This document shows positions 22,126 to 30,937 of a DNA stretch of 64,000 nt, in pieces. The stretch covers positions 320,001-384,000 of the forward strand of contig CAVRQT010000003.1 of the NCBI GenBank assembly GCA_963723515.1. Reading direction: 5' to 3'. The notes under the pieces are model-generated. The model saw nothing but the letters and a program-made list of their open reading frames with translations, had not been told where the DNA came from and ran no database searches. Within the stretch, counting starts at the first letter, position 1; every line of letters begins with the position of its first letter. Position numbers and translations under genes: made by a program. Source of the stretch: Vulcanimicrobiota bacterium (GTDB lineage: Bacteria > Vulcanimicrobiota > Vulcanimicrobiia > Vulcanimicrobiales > Vulcanimicrobiaceae).

Positions 22126-22794
22126 TTAGAGCCGCCCGTCGTTCAATTGCACGATGCGGTTTGCAAACGGCGCGATGCGCATGTCGTGCGATGCAATTAA
22201 GACGGTCGTTCCGCGTTCGCGCGCAAGTTCTCGCAGCAGTCCCGTGACGGCAAGCCCGTTTTCCGCATCGAGCGCGGATGTCGGCTCGTCCGCCATGACG
22301 ACATCCGGCTCGGCGACGAGCGCACGCGCGATCGCAACGCGTTGCTTCTCGCCGCCTGAGAGATCTCGCGGCAAGCGATCCAATTGGCGCTCCATCCCTA
22401 GCCGTTCCATCAGTTGTTGCGTCTGTTCACGCGCTGCACGACCGCGAACGCCGCGCGCGTGCAGAGCAAGCTCGACATTCTCACGTGCGGTCAGCGCTTT
22501 AAAGAGGTTGAAGTCTTGAAAGATAAAGCTGAGATGTTTGAGCCGAAAGCGCGCCTTTTCACGCCGATCCAACTTCGTGATCTCGACGCCACGCACGACA
22601 ACACTTCCACCCGTTGGCGAGAGAATGCCGCCTAAGACGAAGAGCAGCGTCGTCTTTCCCGAGCCGGACGGCCCCATCATCAAGAGAATTTCTCCATCCG
22701 CAATTTCTAATGACACGCCTTTGAGCGCATGCACCGGACTGATACCGTTCGGGTACACCATGTTGACGCCGGAAGCCGCGATTGCGGCGCACAT
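22126..22794 (-). CDS. ABC transporter ATP-binding protein (LolD/DevA-like)
   Basis: GPSGSGKT, LSGGEKQR, ADEPT, SHD. Confidence 0.95.
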   Translation of the reverse strand: MCAAIAASGVNMVYPNGISPVHALKGVSLEIADGEILLMMGPSGSGKTTLLFVLGGILSPTGGSVVVRGVEITKLDRREKARFRLKHLSFIFQDFNLFKALTARENVELALHARGVRGRAAREQTQQLMERLGMERQLDRLPRDLSGGEKQRVAIARALVAEPDVVMADEPTSALDAENGLAVTGLLRELARERGTTVLIASHDMRIAPFANRIVQLNDGRL

Positions 22795-22801
22795 TGCGAT
22801 G

Positions 22802-23974
22802 CTACGCTCGAAACGCCACTGCGGGATCGACGCGCACGACGCGCTGCATCGCGAACGCTGCCGCGATAACGCACATCGCGAGCGTTAAGATGAAGACGAC
22901 TCCGGCGGTCAGCGGCGTGATTTGAATCGCTACCCCGCGATGCGACGCGATCGACGCGATCAAGAAGCTCAAGAGCAAACTCGGAATGTACCCTAGCACC
23001 GCCATGTAAACCGCTTGACGAATGATCACGCCGTAGAGAAAGCGATCGGCGGCGCCGATCGCGCGCAGAGTGCCGTACTCCTTCAGGTGTTCGCTGACCG
23101 AAACGTAGAGAATCTGCCCGACCACGACCGCACCGACGATTAGTCCCAAGAGTGCGGTTAAGGTCAATGCGAATCCAATGCTCGTGCGCTGCAGCCAATA
23201 GCCGCGAGTCATCTGCACCATCTCTTGACGCGTCAAAGCGCGCGTGCCCGGGACGGCTTTTTCAAGCGTCGTCTTTAGTTGCGCGATACGCTTATGGTCG
23301 CGAGCCGATATGAGGATGAACGTAATCGAATCCGTGTCCGCAAGCGGTGAGGGGCGCGCTTCATTCGCCGGCGTCAAGAACGACAATGCCGAAGGAGCGT
23401 ACGCGTTCGCCGTCTCCAGCGATGTATAAAGGAAGGTCGGCGATACGATCGACTGCGTGGCATGCGTCAAATGGACGAGGCGGGCGCGAAAGCCGCCGAT
23501 CGTCCCTTGTTCGCCGACTCGCACATCTAATGCGCCCATCTGTGAAGCGTCTGTAAAGAACGTGTACGGCTCTCCAAGCTGACGAAGCTCGCGCTGCGTC
23601 ACGTTTCCGGGCGCGAAGAGGACGCCGTTCGGATCGAAACCGACTACGCGGCTGGCGCTGAGCGTATCGTGCGGGCTTCGCCAAAGCGCCTGGCGCAGGA
23701 TCATCGGTTCGGCGCGAGCGACGCCGGGAACGGCACGCGCCTTAGCCAGTTCCGCGTACGGCAGCGGCAGCGTCACTTCCAAGAAAGCCATCTCTTTGGC
23801 CGCCAGCCACACATCCGCTCGGGACTCTTCGATCAAAAGGCTCGTCGAGCGAATGAAACCGTTGTAGATTCCAGTTTGCACCGTGAGCAACGTAACGGCG
23901 AAGACAACGGCACAAAGCGCCACGATAAAACGTGGCAGGTCCGCGAAGAGATTTTTTCGCGCCAGCACGACCAT
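22802..23974 (-). CDS. ABC permease (FtsX/MacB/DevC-like)
   Basis: LARKNL, EHLKEYGTLRAIGA, VDPAVAFRA. Confidence 0.92.
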   Translation of the reverse strand: MVVLARKNLFADLPRFIVALCAVVFAVTLLTVQTGIYNGFIRSTSLLIEESRADVWLAAKEMAFLEVTLPLPYAELAKARAVPGVARAEPMILRQALWRSPHDTLSASRVVGFDPNGVLFAPGNVTQRELRQLGEPYTFFTDASQMGALDVRVGEQGTIGGFRARLVHLTHATQSIVSPTFLYTSLETANAYAPSALSFLTPANEARPSPLADTDSITFILISARDHKRIAQLKTTLEKAVPGTRALTRQEMVQMTRGYWLQRTSIGFALTLTALLGLIVGAVVVGQILYVSVSEHLKEYGTLRAIGAADRFLYGVIIRQAVYMAVLGYIPSLLLSFLIASIASHRGVAIQITPLTAGVVFILTLAMCVIAAAFAMQRVVRVDPAVAFRA

Positions 23975-24093
23975 GCGTTGGCTGGGCCGTTCGCGACAGT
24001 TCAGGCGCACTACTGCCGAAGTTAGCATGCTTCTCTGGAAAGCAAAGGACGCGGGGATGAGTGCGCGCCGCTCTCGCAAAAAAGCCCGTACCG

Positions 24094-25110
24094 ATGCGCG
24101 TGCATGAGCGTGAGCCGTGGTTTATCGCCTACATCGTTGCGGTCATATTGCTGATTTTGCTCGATGTCGGCGTTCGTTTTTGGCAGCCGAGTCCGACGCG
24201 TATGCCGGCCCAGTTTTCCGCCGCATATCTCGATCGGATCAGCGCGGAACTCGTTGCCAAGCACGACTTAGTGCTTGCGCTCGGCGACTCAGTGTTATGG
24301 GGTTACGGCGTCGACGCAAACGATGCAGCGATGTCGGTTCTGCGCCGTGAGTACGGCAGCGCGGATCTCGTTAACCTTTCCTTTCAAGGCGGGAGTCCTG
24401 AAAATAGCTACGTTCTGTTGCGCTCGCTGCTCGAGCGAGAAGTGCGCCCGCGTCTCGTTCTCTTCAACGTCAACCTGAAAGAATTCAATCCTGCCGATCC
24501 GTCATATCGTAAGCTCTTCCCGGCAGTTGAAGATGAAAACCGTGACCAACTGGATTTCGCCGACCGCCGGCTCTTGCAGATCAATCCGCAAAGCCATGCG
24601 CTGAGCGCATTGTTGGATCAATATGTCGGGCGCTATTGGGAGCTCTACCACTTTCGCTCCGACATCAAGCAGGCGATATTCGGTCAAGACGACATGGCGC
24701 GTTGGTTAACGGCGCGGCTCGAAGATGTGACCGGCACCAATGCGCGTCGCGCGGCGGCCCATCGTCCGACGGCGGATCGCTTCATCGGCACCTACGATCT
24801 CACGCCCCTTGGGTCGACGAACGTCGCATTTCAGTATTTGGAGAAGACGATGCGGCTCTTGAAGACCTACCATGTCCGCGCGATCGCATTTTTGACGCCG
24901 ACGAATCACAAGTTGTTGCACGAGTTCATCGACACACCCGAATATGACGACAATGTGGCGGCGATTCGGCGCCTTGCTGCGCGCTACGGCGTTCTGACGC
25001 TCGATCTCGACCGCGCCGTCCCAGCGGCAGAATTTATCGACAACGATCACCTCACGGTGCAAGGCAACCGCCGCCTTGCGCAGCTGCTCGCGCCGCACGT
25101 CCGCCTCTAA
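24094..25110 (+). CDS. SGNH/GDSL-fold protein (DltD/AlgJ-like)
   Basis: N-terminal TM, LGDSV, C-terminal FIDNDHL (DxxH). Confidence 0.75.
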   Translation: MRVHEREPWFIAYIVAVILLILLDVGVRFWQPSPTRMPAQFSAAYLDRISAELVAKHDLVLALGDSVLWGYGVDANDAAMSVLRREYGSADLVNLSFQGGSPENSYVLLRSLLEREVRPRLVLFNVNLKEFNPADPSYRKLFPAVEDENRDQLDFADRRLLQINPQSHALSALLDQYVGRYWELYHFRSDIKQAIFGQDDMARWLTARLEDVTGTNARRAAAHRPTADRFIGTYDLTPLGSTNVAFQYLEKTMRLLKTYHVRAIAFLTPTNHKLLHEFIDTPEYDDNVAAIRRLAARYGVLTLDLDRAVPAAEFIDNDHLTVQGNRRLAQLLAPHVRL

Positions 25111-25183
25111 AAGGGGACAAACGGCCTTTCGAAACCGTTATTCTCTCGTAGCCGGAATCGACGGCTTAACTAAGGAGGTCATC

Positions 25184-25636
25184 ATGAAGACAAGCGCACG
25201 CAGCATCCTCGTCGCAGTGATCTTGGCGTTAGGCTTGACTCAGCTGGGCGCAGGTACCGCAAGCGCGCAAGCGGTCGATCCGCGCTTTCAGACAGCACTG
25301 TTGAGCCTGTATTACGCTCGATGGATGCTAACGCACACCAGTGCGGTGCGGGCCAACTATTACAGCTATGAACAGGGAAAAGCGCAGATCTATCAGGCGA
25401 TTAGAAACCTCAACGGCATCATCAACGTGCCGAACTATCGGTATGCAGTTCCGCAATATGTTCCAAGCGGAGGCGCGAGGTTGCACGCAGCCCTCGGCTT
25501 CCTTCAGACCGCGGATCAAAACTTAGGAGCGCCGACACCTGTGCCGCGCTGGGATGTGCACCGTAATGCGTCCTTGGCGGACACACGCGCAGCGATCGGC
25601 AGCATTAACAACATCATCGCAGCCTGCCGCTGTTAG
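25184..25636 (+). CDS. Secreted hypothetical protein
   Basis: TAAGGAGG RBS, signal peptide ending ASA, followed by a terminator. Confidence 0.75.
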   Translation: MKTSARSILVAVILALGLTQLGAGTASAQAVDPRFQTALLSLYYARWMLTHTSAVRANYYSYEQGKAQIYQAIRNLNGIINVPNYRYAVPQYVPSGGARLHAALGFLQTADQNLGAPTPVPRWDVHRNASLADTRAAIGSINNIIAACRC

Positions 25637-25647
25637 AAAGCGGACAG

Positions 25648-25686
25648 AAAAAATGGCGGTCGCGTAATACGCGCCGCCATTTTTTT
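25648..25686. terminator. Bidirectional intrinsic terminator
   Basis: aaaaaatggcgg-t-cgcgt-aat-acgcg-ccgccattttttt. Confidence 0.85.
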
Positions 25687-26104
25687 ATGCGTGCAAGTTC
25701 GGGCCTTGGCTGCAGATGAGGGCGCTTAAGACGACCAGCGCCCAATTCACGGCATGCGATGTCCAGCAGTACGGGCAGACCGTTTTCGACACAAAGATGA
25801 GGCGGTACGCTAAATACAGCGACGTAATTGCCGCCGCCGCAACTGCGACGAAGATGAGCGTCCAAATTACGGGGCCGCGCGCGAACCAGATCACGATCGC
25901 TATCGCGATGTAGAAGAAAATTCCAAACAGCGAATTCGGTAGCCCGAAAAAAAGACGCGCTGCGGGACTCTTGACGACGCTCTTACCTTTTACTTTGCCG
26001 GCTTCAGCGAGCAGCGACCTGTGAAACATGTGCGTCGAGACGTACAAGCCGGCAGCGCACAGAAGATCCACGAGGATCTTGAGGATGAGGACCGTCATTC
26101 GCAT
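25685..26104 (-). CDS. Vitamin K epoxide reductase (VKOR) family protein
   Basis: GLPNSLFG, CPYCWTSH, four TM segments. Confidence 0.85.
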   Translation of the reverse strand: MRMTVLILKILVDLLCAAGLYVSTHMFHRSLLAEAGKVKGKSVVKSPAARLFFGLPNSLFGIFFYIAIAIVIWFARGPVIWTLIFVAVAAAAITSLYLAYRLIFVSKTVCPYCWTSHAVNWALVVLSALICSQGPNLHA

Positions 26105-26110
26105 GCGTTC

Positions 26111-26785
26111 TTACCCACCATCCACGTTCGATAGCACATCGTCGATCGTGCCGGCGTCCAGCTCATTCAGATCCTTAAGAATGCGTGCCGCTAGTGAAAG
26201 CGCATCTTTGTCCGGCGGAAAGTCGTGGTTGGGAATAGCGACAACCGCTAGCCCGGCTGCATGCGCCGATCGGATGCCGCTGCCGGAGTCTTCGACGGCC
26301 GCCGTGCTCTTTGGTTCAGCCTTCATGATGTCGATCGCACGAAGGTAAACATCCGGCGCCGGCTTTCCGTGCGCAACCTCGTCCGCCGAGACCACGACGG
26401 AGAAGAATTTTTCCCAGGCGGTCTCGCGCAGCACTGTTTTGGCGACGGCAAGCGCCGCCGAAGTAGCAACGCCGAGGCGAAATTGGGACGCTAAGCGTTC
26501 GAGCGCCGCGGTTGCTCCGGGAAGGAGCGGGACATCGTCCTGCATGCGCTTGCGGACAATGTCGACCACCTGTTCGGCGATTTCATCTGGTGGCAGCGCA
26601 ACACCGAGCTCCTCGTGCATGTACCGCGCCCACTCCTGCGTGCGCATGCCCATCATTTTCTTTTGCGCATCATCGCGCCAACGGCCGCCGTGCTCAATTG
26701 TGAAGTTGTGGCGCACGTCGCGCCAAATTTGCTCGCTCTCGATCAGCGTTCCGTCGAGATCAAAGATAACAGAGTATTGCGTCAT
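26111..26785 (-). CDS. HAD-family phosphatase
   Basis: FDLDGTL, GKPAPD, VEDSGSG. Confidence 0.93.
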   Translation of the reverse strand: MTQYSVIFDLDGTLIESEQIWRDVRHNFTIEHGGRWRDDAQKKMMGMRTQEWARYMHEELGVALPPDEIAEQVVDIVRKRMQDDVPLLPGATAALERLASQFRLGVATSAALAVAKTVLRETAWEKFFSVVVSADEVAHGKPAPDVYLRAIDIMKAEPKSTAAVEDSGSGIRSAHAAGLAVVAIPNHDFPPDKDALSLAARILKDLNELDAGTIDDVLSNVDGG

Positions 26786-27054
26786 TCCGGGGCGCAGGCG
26801 ATCATGGGATGCACCCTTGGGCATCAGCCCCGGTCGGTGGTATGAGTTCAATGGGCACGTTCACTACGTCATCAAAGATCCCGAGACCGGCACGATGGAT
26901 CTTCGTCAGCCGCTAGAGGGGCGCTTCAGCGCAGGCTAGCCGTAAGTATAGTCCAAAGCCGCCGGCACGCCGCCGGCACGCTGCTCCGTTATCGTGAGGG
27001 AGCGCCGCCTGAACTTTGGACTTACATCCTAGCCGGCGTGGAAAGGGATTTTCT

Positions 27055-27549
27055 GTGAAGCAAATTCTGGCTATCTTTATTTTGGTGCTCGTTGCAATAG
27101 CGCCAGCTGGCGCACAACCGATGGGTGGGATGGGTGCCATGGATTACTACGTCGGAACGTGGACGTGCGTCGGCGGTCCAGTCTCTCAGCCTTCGGCTCA
27201 AGCGACTGTCACGGTTGTCAAGAACGGCGGCGTTTTGAATTCAAGTGTGTCAGTTCCGGTGCAGCCGGGGATGAAAGCCGCATACTATTCGACTTTTGCA
27301 ATTTCTTACGACGGCAAGGGTCGCTATCTTCAAACCACGCTCGATAACTACGGAGCCTGGAGCGTATCCTATGCCCCTGCGTGGACTGGGAACACGGAAG
27401 CATGGACCGATCTTACAACGAGCGACGGCAAGCCCGGACACGGCGAGACGGTTCGCACTGATAACGACCATTACACGTATACGGGTTACGGGACTCCGAC
27501 GGGCACGGCGCCGACCTTCAAGATAGCGTGCCAGCGCCAATCCTCGTAA
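27055..27549 (+). CDS. Secreted beta-rich hypothetical protein (DUF1579/lipocalin-like)
   Basis: Signal peptide, YYVGTWTC, C-terminal Cys. Confidence 0.65.
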   Translation: MKQILAIFILVLVAIAPAGAQPMGGMGAMDYYVGTWTCVGGPVSQPSAQATVTVVKNGGVLNSSVSVPVQPGMKAAYYSTFAISYDGKGRYLQTTLDNYGAWSVSYAPAWTGNTEAWTDLTTSDGKPGHGETVRTDNDHYTYTGYGTPTGTAPTFKIACQRQSS

Positions 27550-27571
27550 CGAAGTAGCACGTCCGTTAGCT

Positions 27572-27602
27572 TAGCCCCCGTTGACAAGTTCAACTGGGGC
27601 TA
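27572..27602. terminator. Hairpin downstream of the secreted gene
   Basis: tagcccc-c-gttga-caagt-tcaac-t-ggggcta. Confidence 0.55.
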
Positions 27603-27645
27603 CTGAATCTGCAAGAAACTGTAAATCAGGCGGTTTTCAGTTTAA

Positions 27646-27667
27646 TTGGGATGACCGGGACTCGAAC
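27646..27667 (-). repeat. 22-bp duplicate of the tRNA-Leu 3' end (att-like)
   Basis: ttgggatgaccgggactcgaac, identical to 28631-28652. Confidence 0.92.
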
Positions 27668-27679
27668 GCTCAGCTGTCG

Positions 27680-28192
27680 TTATGACGCTAGGACTTGCCT
27701 CGCGTTGGCGCGGCGTGCGTCGCGATAAGAGCCCTTATTCTTGCCGCAATAGGTTTCTGTCTGGCTGTGGCAGTTTGGGCATAGTAAACGAAGATTTTCT
27801 AGTCTATTATCCTGGCGGTTGCCATTTACGTGATCGAGGTGCATCTCTAACCTCCGGGCGCGCCACTCCTTGATGCCGCACTGCGAACAACACAGATCTA
27901 GTCGATTCTCTCTAAGTAATTTGGCTTTGAGTTTAAATGTTCCACCGAAGTAGGGACTGTTCTTTACGAGTATCTGGGCCAGCGGCATTTTGCGGGCCCA
28001 ATCGTGAGTTTTGCCTCGAAGATGCCCTCTGCCGGTCCAGTGGGCGGTATCTAGGTGAAGCTTATCGATCATGTGGCGCAGGCTGACGTAGTTGCCGCCT
28101 GCAGGCTTAAGGTGAAGGAGGCGAAGCGCTTCAGCGGCAGAGTGCGCAGCTGCAACCGCTGTCGCAATCCTTTCATTTCTTGCAGACTCCAC
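27680..28192 (-). CDS. Free-standing HNH endonuclease with zinc-finger Cys pairs (start uncertain)
   Basis: CSQCG...LDHVNGNRQDNRLENLRLLCPNCHSQT; N-terminal helical AEALRLLHLKPAGGNY. Confidence 0.92.
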   Translation of the reverse strand: MESARNERIATAVAAAHSAAEALRLLHLKPAGGNYVSLRHMIDKLHLDTAHWTGRGHLRGKTHDWARKMPLAQILVKNSPYFGGTFKLKAKLLRENRLDLCCSQCGIKEWRARRLEMHLDHVNGNRQDNRLENLRLLCPNCHSQTETYCGKNKGSYRDARRANARQVLAS

Positions 28193-28631
28193 GCATCAAG
28201 CTTATGCCAAGCTTGTGCCATACGTATGGCATTTTGAGGATAACCACCGTGCGCCGCGTGAATCACTCAAAGAGAAAAGCGCTTGCAAAGGCATCGGGTT
28301 GGACACGTCTGTGCTTGGTGATAGGTTGCCTAAGCGAGTGCGCGGTGAACCGCGTGTGCAAAACGCCTCATTTGTCGCGATTGCTGTTGGACGCGAGATC
28401 AACATCGCAGACTTCTATGTCAACCTTCAGCGAGTTTGTCGGCACTGAGAACGTTAGCTATGTTGAGGCCTTGACCACGTGACTTCACCGCGAGACGGTT
28501 GCTGTCAGATCGTTGAGACCGAGCCGTCCATCGCCGGGCGCGCGCCTCAAGAGGATGAGAAACTGTCTTTTTTAGGAGTGACGGGCAAATAGTCGAGCAG
28601 CGATAGACAAATCATCGCGACCTAAACCGCT

Positions 28632-28939
28632 TGGGATGACCGGGACTCGAACCCGGACGCCCTCTCGGGCGACAGATTTTCACACCACTATAACTTTCGT
28701 TACCGCTCGCGTCTCAGCAAGAGCGTTTGTGGTCCGGACTGTGCCTTGACCCTAAGTTGCCCCGTAGGCCGCGCCCGTCCAGTCTCTACACCTTCGCGAT
28801 CGTAGCATCGCGCTTGGCTCGGCGTTGTCACGGCCCTTGCCAGAGAGTCCGCCGAATTTGAGCGCATCCCAAGATGCGTTTCCATCACCTTGGCTCAACG
28901 TTGCAAGTCTGTTGTGTCTACCGATTCCACCATCATCCC
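28632..28939 (-). tRNA. tRNA-Leu(UAA), exons 28939-28905 and 28680-28632
   Basis: Spliced: GGGATGATGGTGGAATCGGTAGACACAACAGACTT^AAAATCTGTCGCCCGAGAGGGCGTCCGGGTTCGAGTCCCGGTCATCCCA; acceptor GGGATGA/TCATCCC, long variable arm, loop CU-UAA-AA. Confidence 0.94.
28681..28904 (-). ncRNA. Group I intron (224 nt, ORF-less) in the tRNA-Leu U^AA anticodon
   Basis: TTGAGCC guide, P AAATTCGGCGGA, Q AACGCCGAGCCAAGC, R GTAGAGACTG, S CACAGTCC, terminal G. Confidence 0.92.
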
Positions 28940-29084
28940 ATGCATCGGACTGTTCGAGCGTTGCTTCCGCGACGCCCGTACACCTCGGCAGGGCTATCGC
29001 CGCGCCATCCAAAAGCGACGCCAGTTCCCCGGCAGGCTAACGTGTCAGCCGGGATTCGTCTTGTTTTAGGAGGCCACTCGGCGC

Positions 29085-29875
29085 GTGAAGATCGTCGTGA
29101 CCGTCAAGGTCGTGCCGGATCCAAACAGCATCAAACGGATCGATCCGAATACCAAGCGGCTCGTTCGCAGCGGCGCCGACAATGTCATCAACCCCTACGA
29201 TGAATATGCGCTCGAAGCGGCACTGCAGCTGAAAGAGAAGCTTGGCCCTGAGACGACCGTCAGCATCGTCAGCATGGTGCCGGAAAACGCGAAGGAAGTG
29301 GTCCGCAAAGCGCTTGCGATGGGGGCCGACGATGCGGTGATGTTGAGCGACTCTGCGTTCGAAGCCAGCGATGTTTGGGATACCGCGCGGGTTCTGTCCG
29401 AAGCGATTCGCAACCATGGGTTTGACCTCGTCATCTGCGGCGGACTGTCTGATGATGGAAGCACCGGCGCCGTCCCAGGCGCGCTTGCGCGAACATCTGC
29501 GGCGTTCCGGGACTCACAAACGCGCGTCACATCGACGTTGCCGATGGCAAGCTAACGATTCAGCGCGAAACGGATAGCGGTTATCAGGTCGTCTCAGGTC
29601 CGTTGCCTGCGATGGTCAGCGTGACGATGGGTGTTGGGGAGCCTCGTTACCCATCGCTTAAGGGCATCATGGGCGCGAAGAAAAAAAACATCGCGATGAC
29701 CTCGCATTCCGACCTGAGCGTCGATGACGCGCTCGGTGCAAATGGCGCAAAGACCGAATTGCTCGAGGTTGCCGCCCCTGCTGCACGCGAGAAAGGCCAA
29801 ATCGTCAATGCGAGTGACGGCGCCGAGGGTGCAAAGGCCATCTTCGACTTCTTGCAGCAACGCAAGCTGATCTAA
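29085..29875 (+). CDS. etfB: Electron transfer flavoprotein beta (frameshift near 29490)
   Basis: VKVVPD, INPYDEYALEAAL, ALAMGAD; EPRYPSLKGIMGAKKK in the second frame. Confidence 0.92.
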
Positions 29876-30862
29876 ATGCAACACGTCGTCATCTTCGCCG
29901 AACATCAAGGCGGGCACACGCGCAAAGTCACCTACGAACTTGCAACAGAAGCGCGACGACTTGCCGACGCGGTCGGCGGAAAAGCGCACGCGATTGTGCT
30001 GGGGAACGGCGCGAGCTCGTTAGCGGAGCAGCTCAAGCGCTATCCGCTTGATGTCATCCACGTAAGCGAAGATGCGGATGTCGATAAATTTCTTATCGAT
30101 CCGGTCGTCGATTACGTTGAGGCGCTCGCGCGTGATTTGGGGCCGTCGATCGTGCTCGTGCCCAATACGATGTATGGACGCGACATTGCCGGACGTTTAT
30201 CGGCGCGGCTTGGTTGCGGGCTCACCTCCGACGTCACGGACATCAAAATCGAGGGCGGTAAAGTCGACTGCATTTCGCCGAAGTTGGGGGGCGCCGCGAT
30301 CACCACGTGCACCTTCAAAAACAGCGACTACGCCGTTATGACGGCGCGGCCGAATGCGTTTGCGGTCGAAGCGGGCGGCGGGTCTGCGCAGGTGCAGCAA
30401 TTGGAGAAGCCGGCCGGCAGGTCGTATCGGATGGTGATCGAGCAAGATGTCGAGGAGGGCTCCGGCGAGCTTGGCCTGGAGGAAGCGCCTGTCGTGGTAG
30501 CGGGCGGGCGAGGCCTCGGCGGTCCTGAACCGTTCCAAACGCTCTTAAAGCCTCTTGCCGATGCCTTGGGCGGTGCTGTTGGCGCCTCACGAGCGGCAGC
30601 AGACGCCGGCTGGGTGCCCTACAGCCTGCAGATCGGCCAGACCGGCAAGACCGTCAGCCCGCCCCTCTACATCGCGATCGGGATTTCCGGGGCCATCCAG
30701 CACAAGGTCGGCATGCGAACGGCGGGAACGATCGTCGCGATCAATAAAGATGGCGGGGTCCCGATAGGAGAGTTCGCCGATCTGCTCGTCGTGGGCGATC
30801 TCTTTGCGATTGTTCCGGAGCTCACCAAGCTCATCCAGGGAGCGAAAGCAGCCCACGCGTGA
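29876..30862 (+). CDS. etfA: Electron transfer flavoprotein alpha
   Basis: GGRG, GASRAA, QIGQTGK, GISGAIQH, AINKD. Confidence 0.96.
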   Translation: MQHVVIFAEHQGGHTRKVTYELATEARRLADAVGGKAHAIVLGNGASSLAEQLKRYPLDVIHVSEDADVDKFLIDPVVDYVEALARDLGPSIVLVPNTMYGRDIAGRLSARLGCGLTSDVTDIKIEGGKVDCISPKLGGAAITTCTFKNSDYAVMTARPNAFAVEAGGGSAQVQQLEKPAGRSYRMVIEQDVEEGSGELGLEEAPVVVAGGRGLGGPEPFQTLLKPLADALGGAVGASRAAADAGWVPYSLQIGQTGKTVSPPLYIAIGISGAIQHKVGMRTAGTIVAINKDGGVPIGEFADLLVVGDLFAIVPELTKLIQGAKAAHA

Positions 30863-30937
30863 CAAACGCCCCGGCTCGGGCGTTATATTTCTCGAAAGCC
30901 ACTATAGTTGAATGCCACTATAAAGGAAGTTATTAGT

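Noticed and set aside
26806..26939. Small gene ending WYEFNGHVHYVIKDPETGTMDLRQPLEGRFSAG
   Set aside because: Looks protein-like but has no clear in-frame start or RBS; may be a frameshifted small ORF, not supportable here
27605..28189. 13/14-bp inverted repeat (gaatctgcaagaaa / gagtctgcaagaaa) around the HNH gene, as IS ends
   Set aside because: One copy is inside the ORF and the other outside the att-like repeat; no transposase or target duplication; plausibly chance
28700..29040. Short ORFs over the tRNA-Leu locus
   Set aside because: Fully explained by tRNA exons and the intron core; no protein motifs
30899..30921. ccactata direct repeat upstream of the TPR gene
   Set aside because: Only 8 bp twice; could be a regulator site but cannot be told from chance
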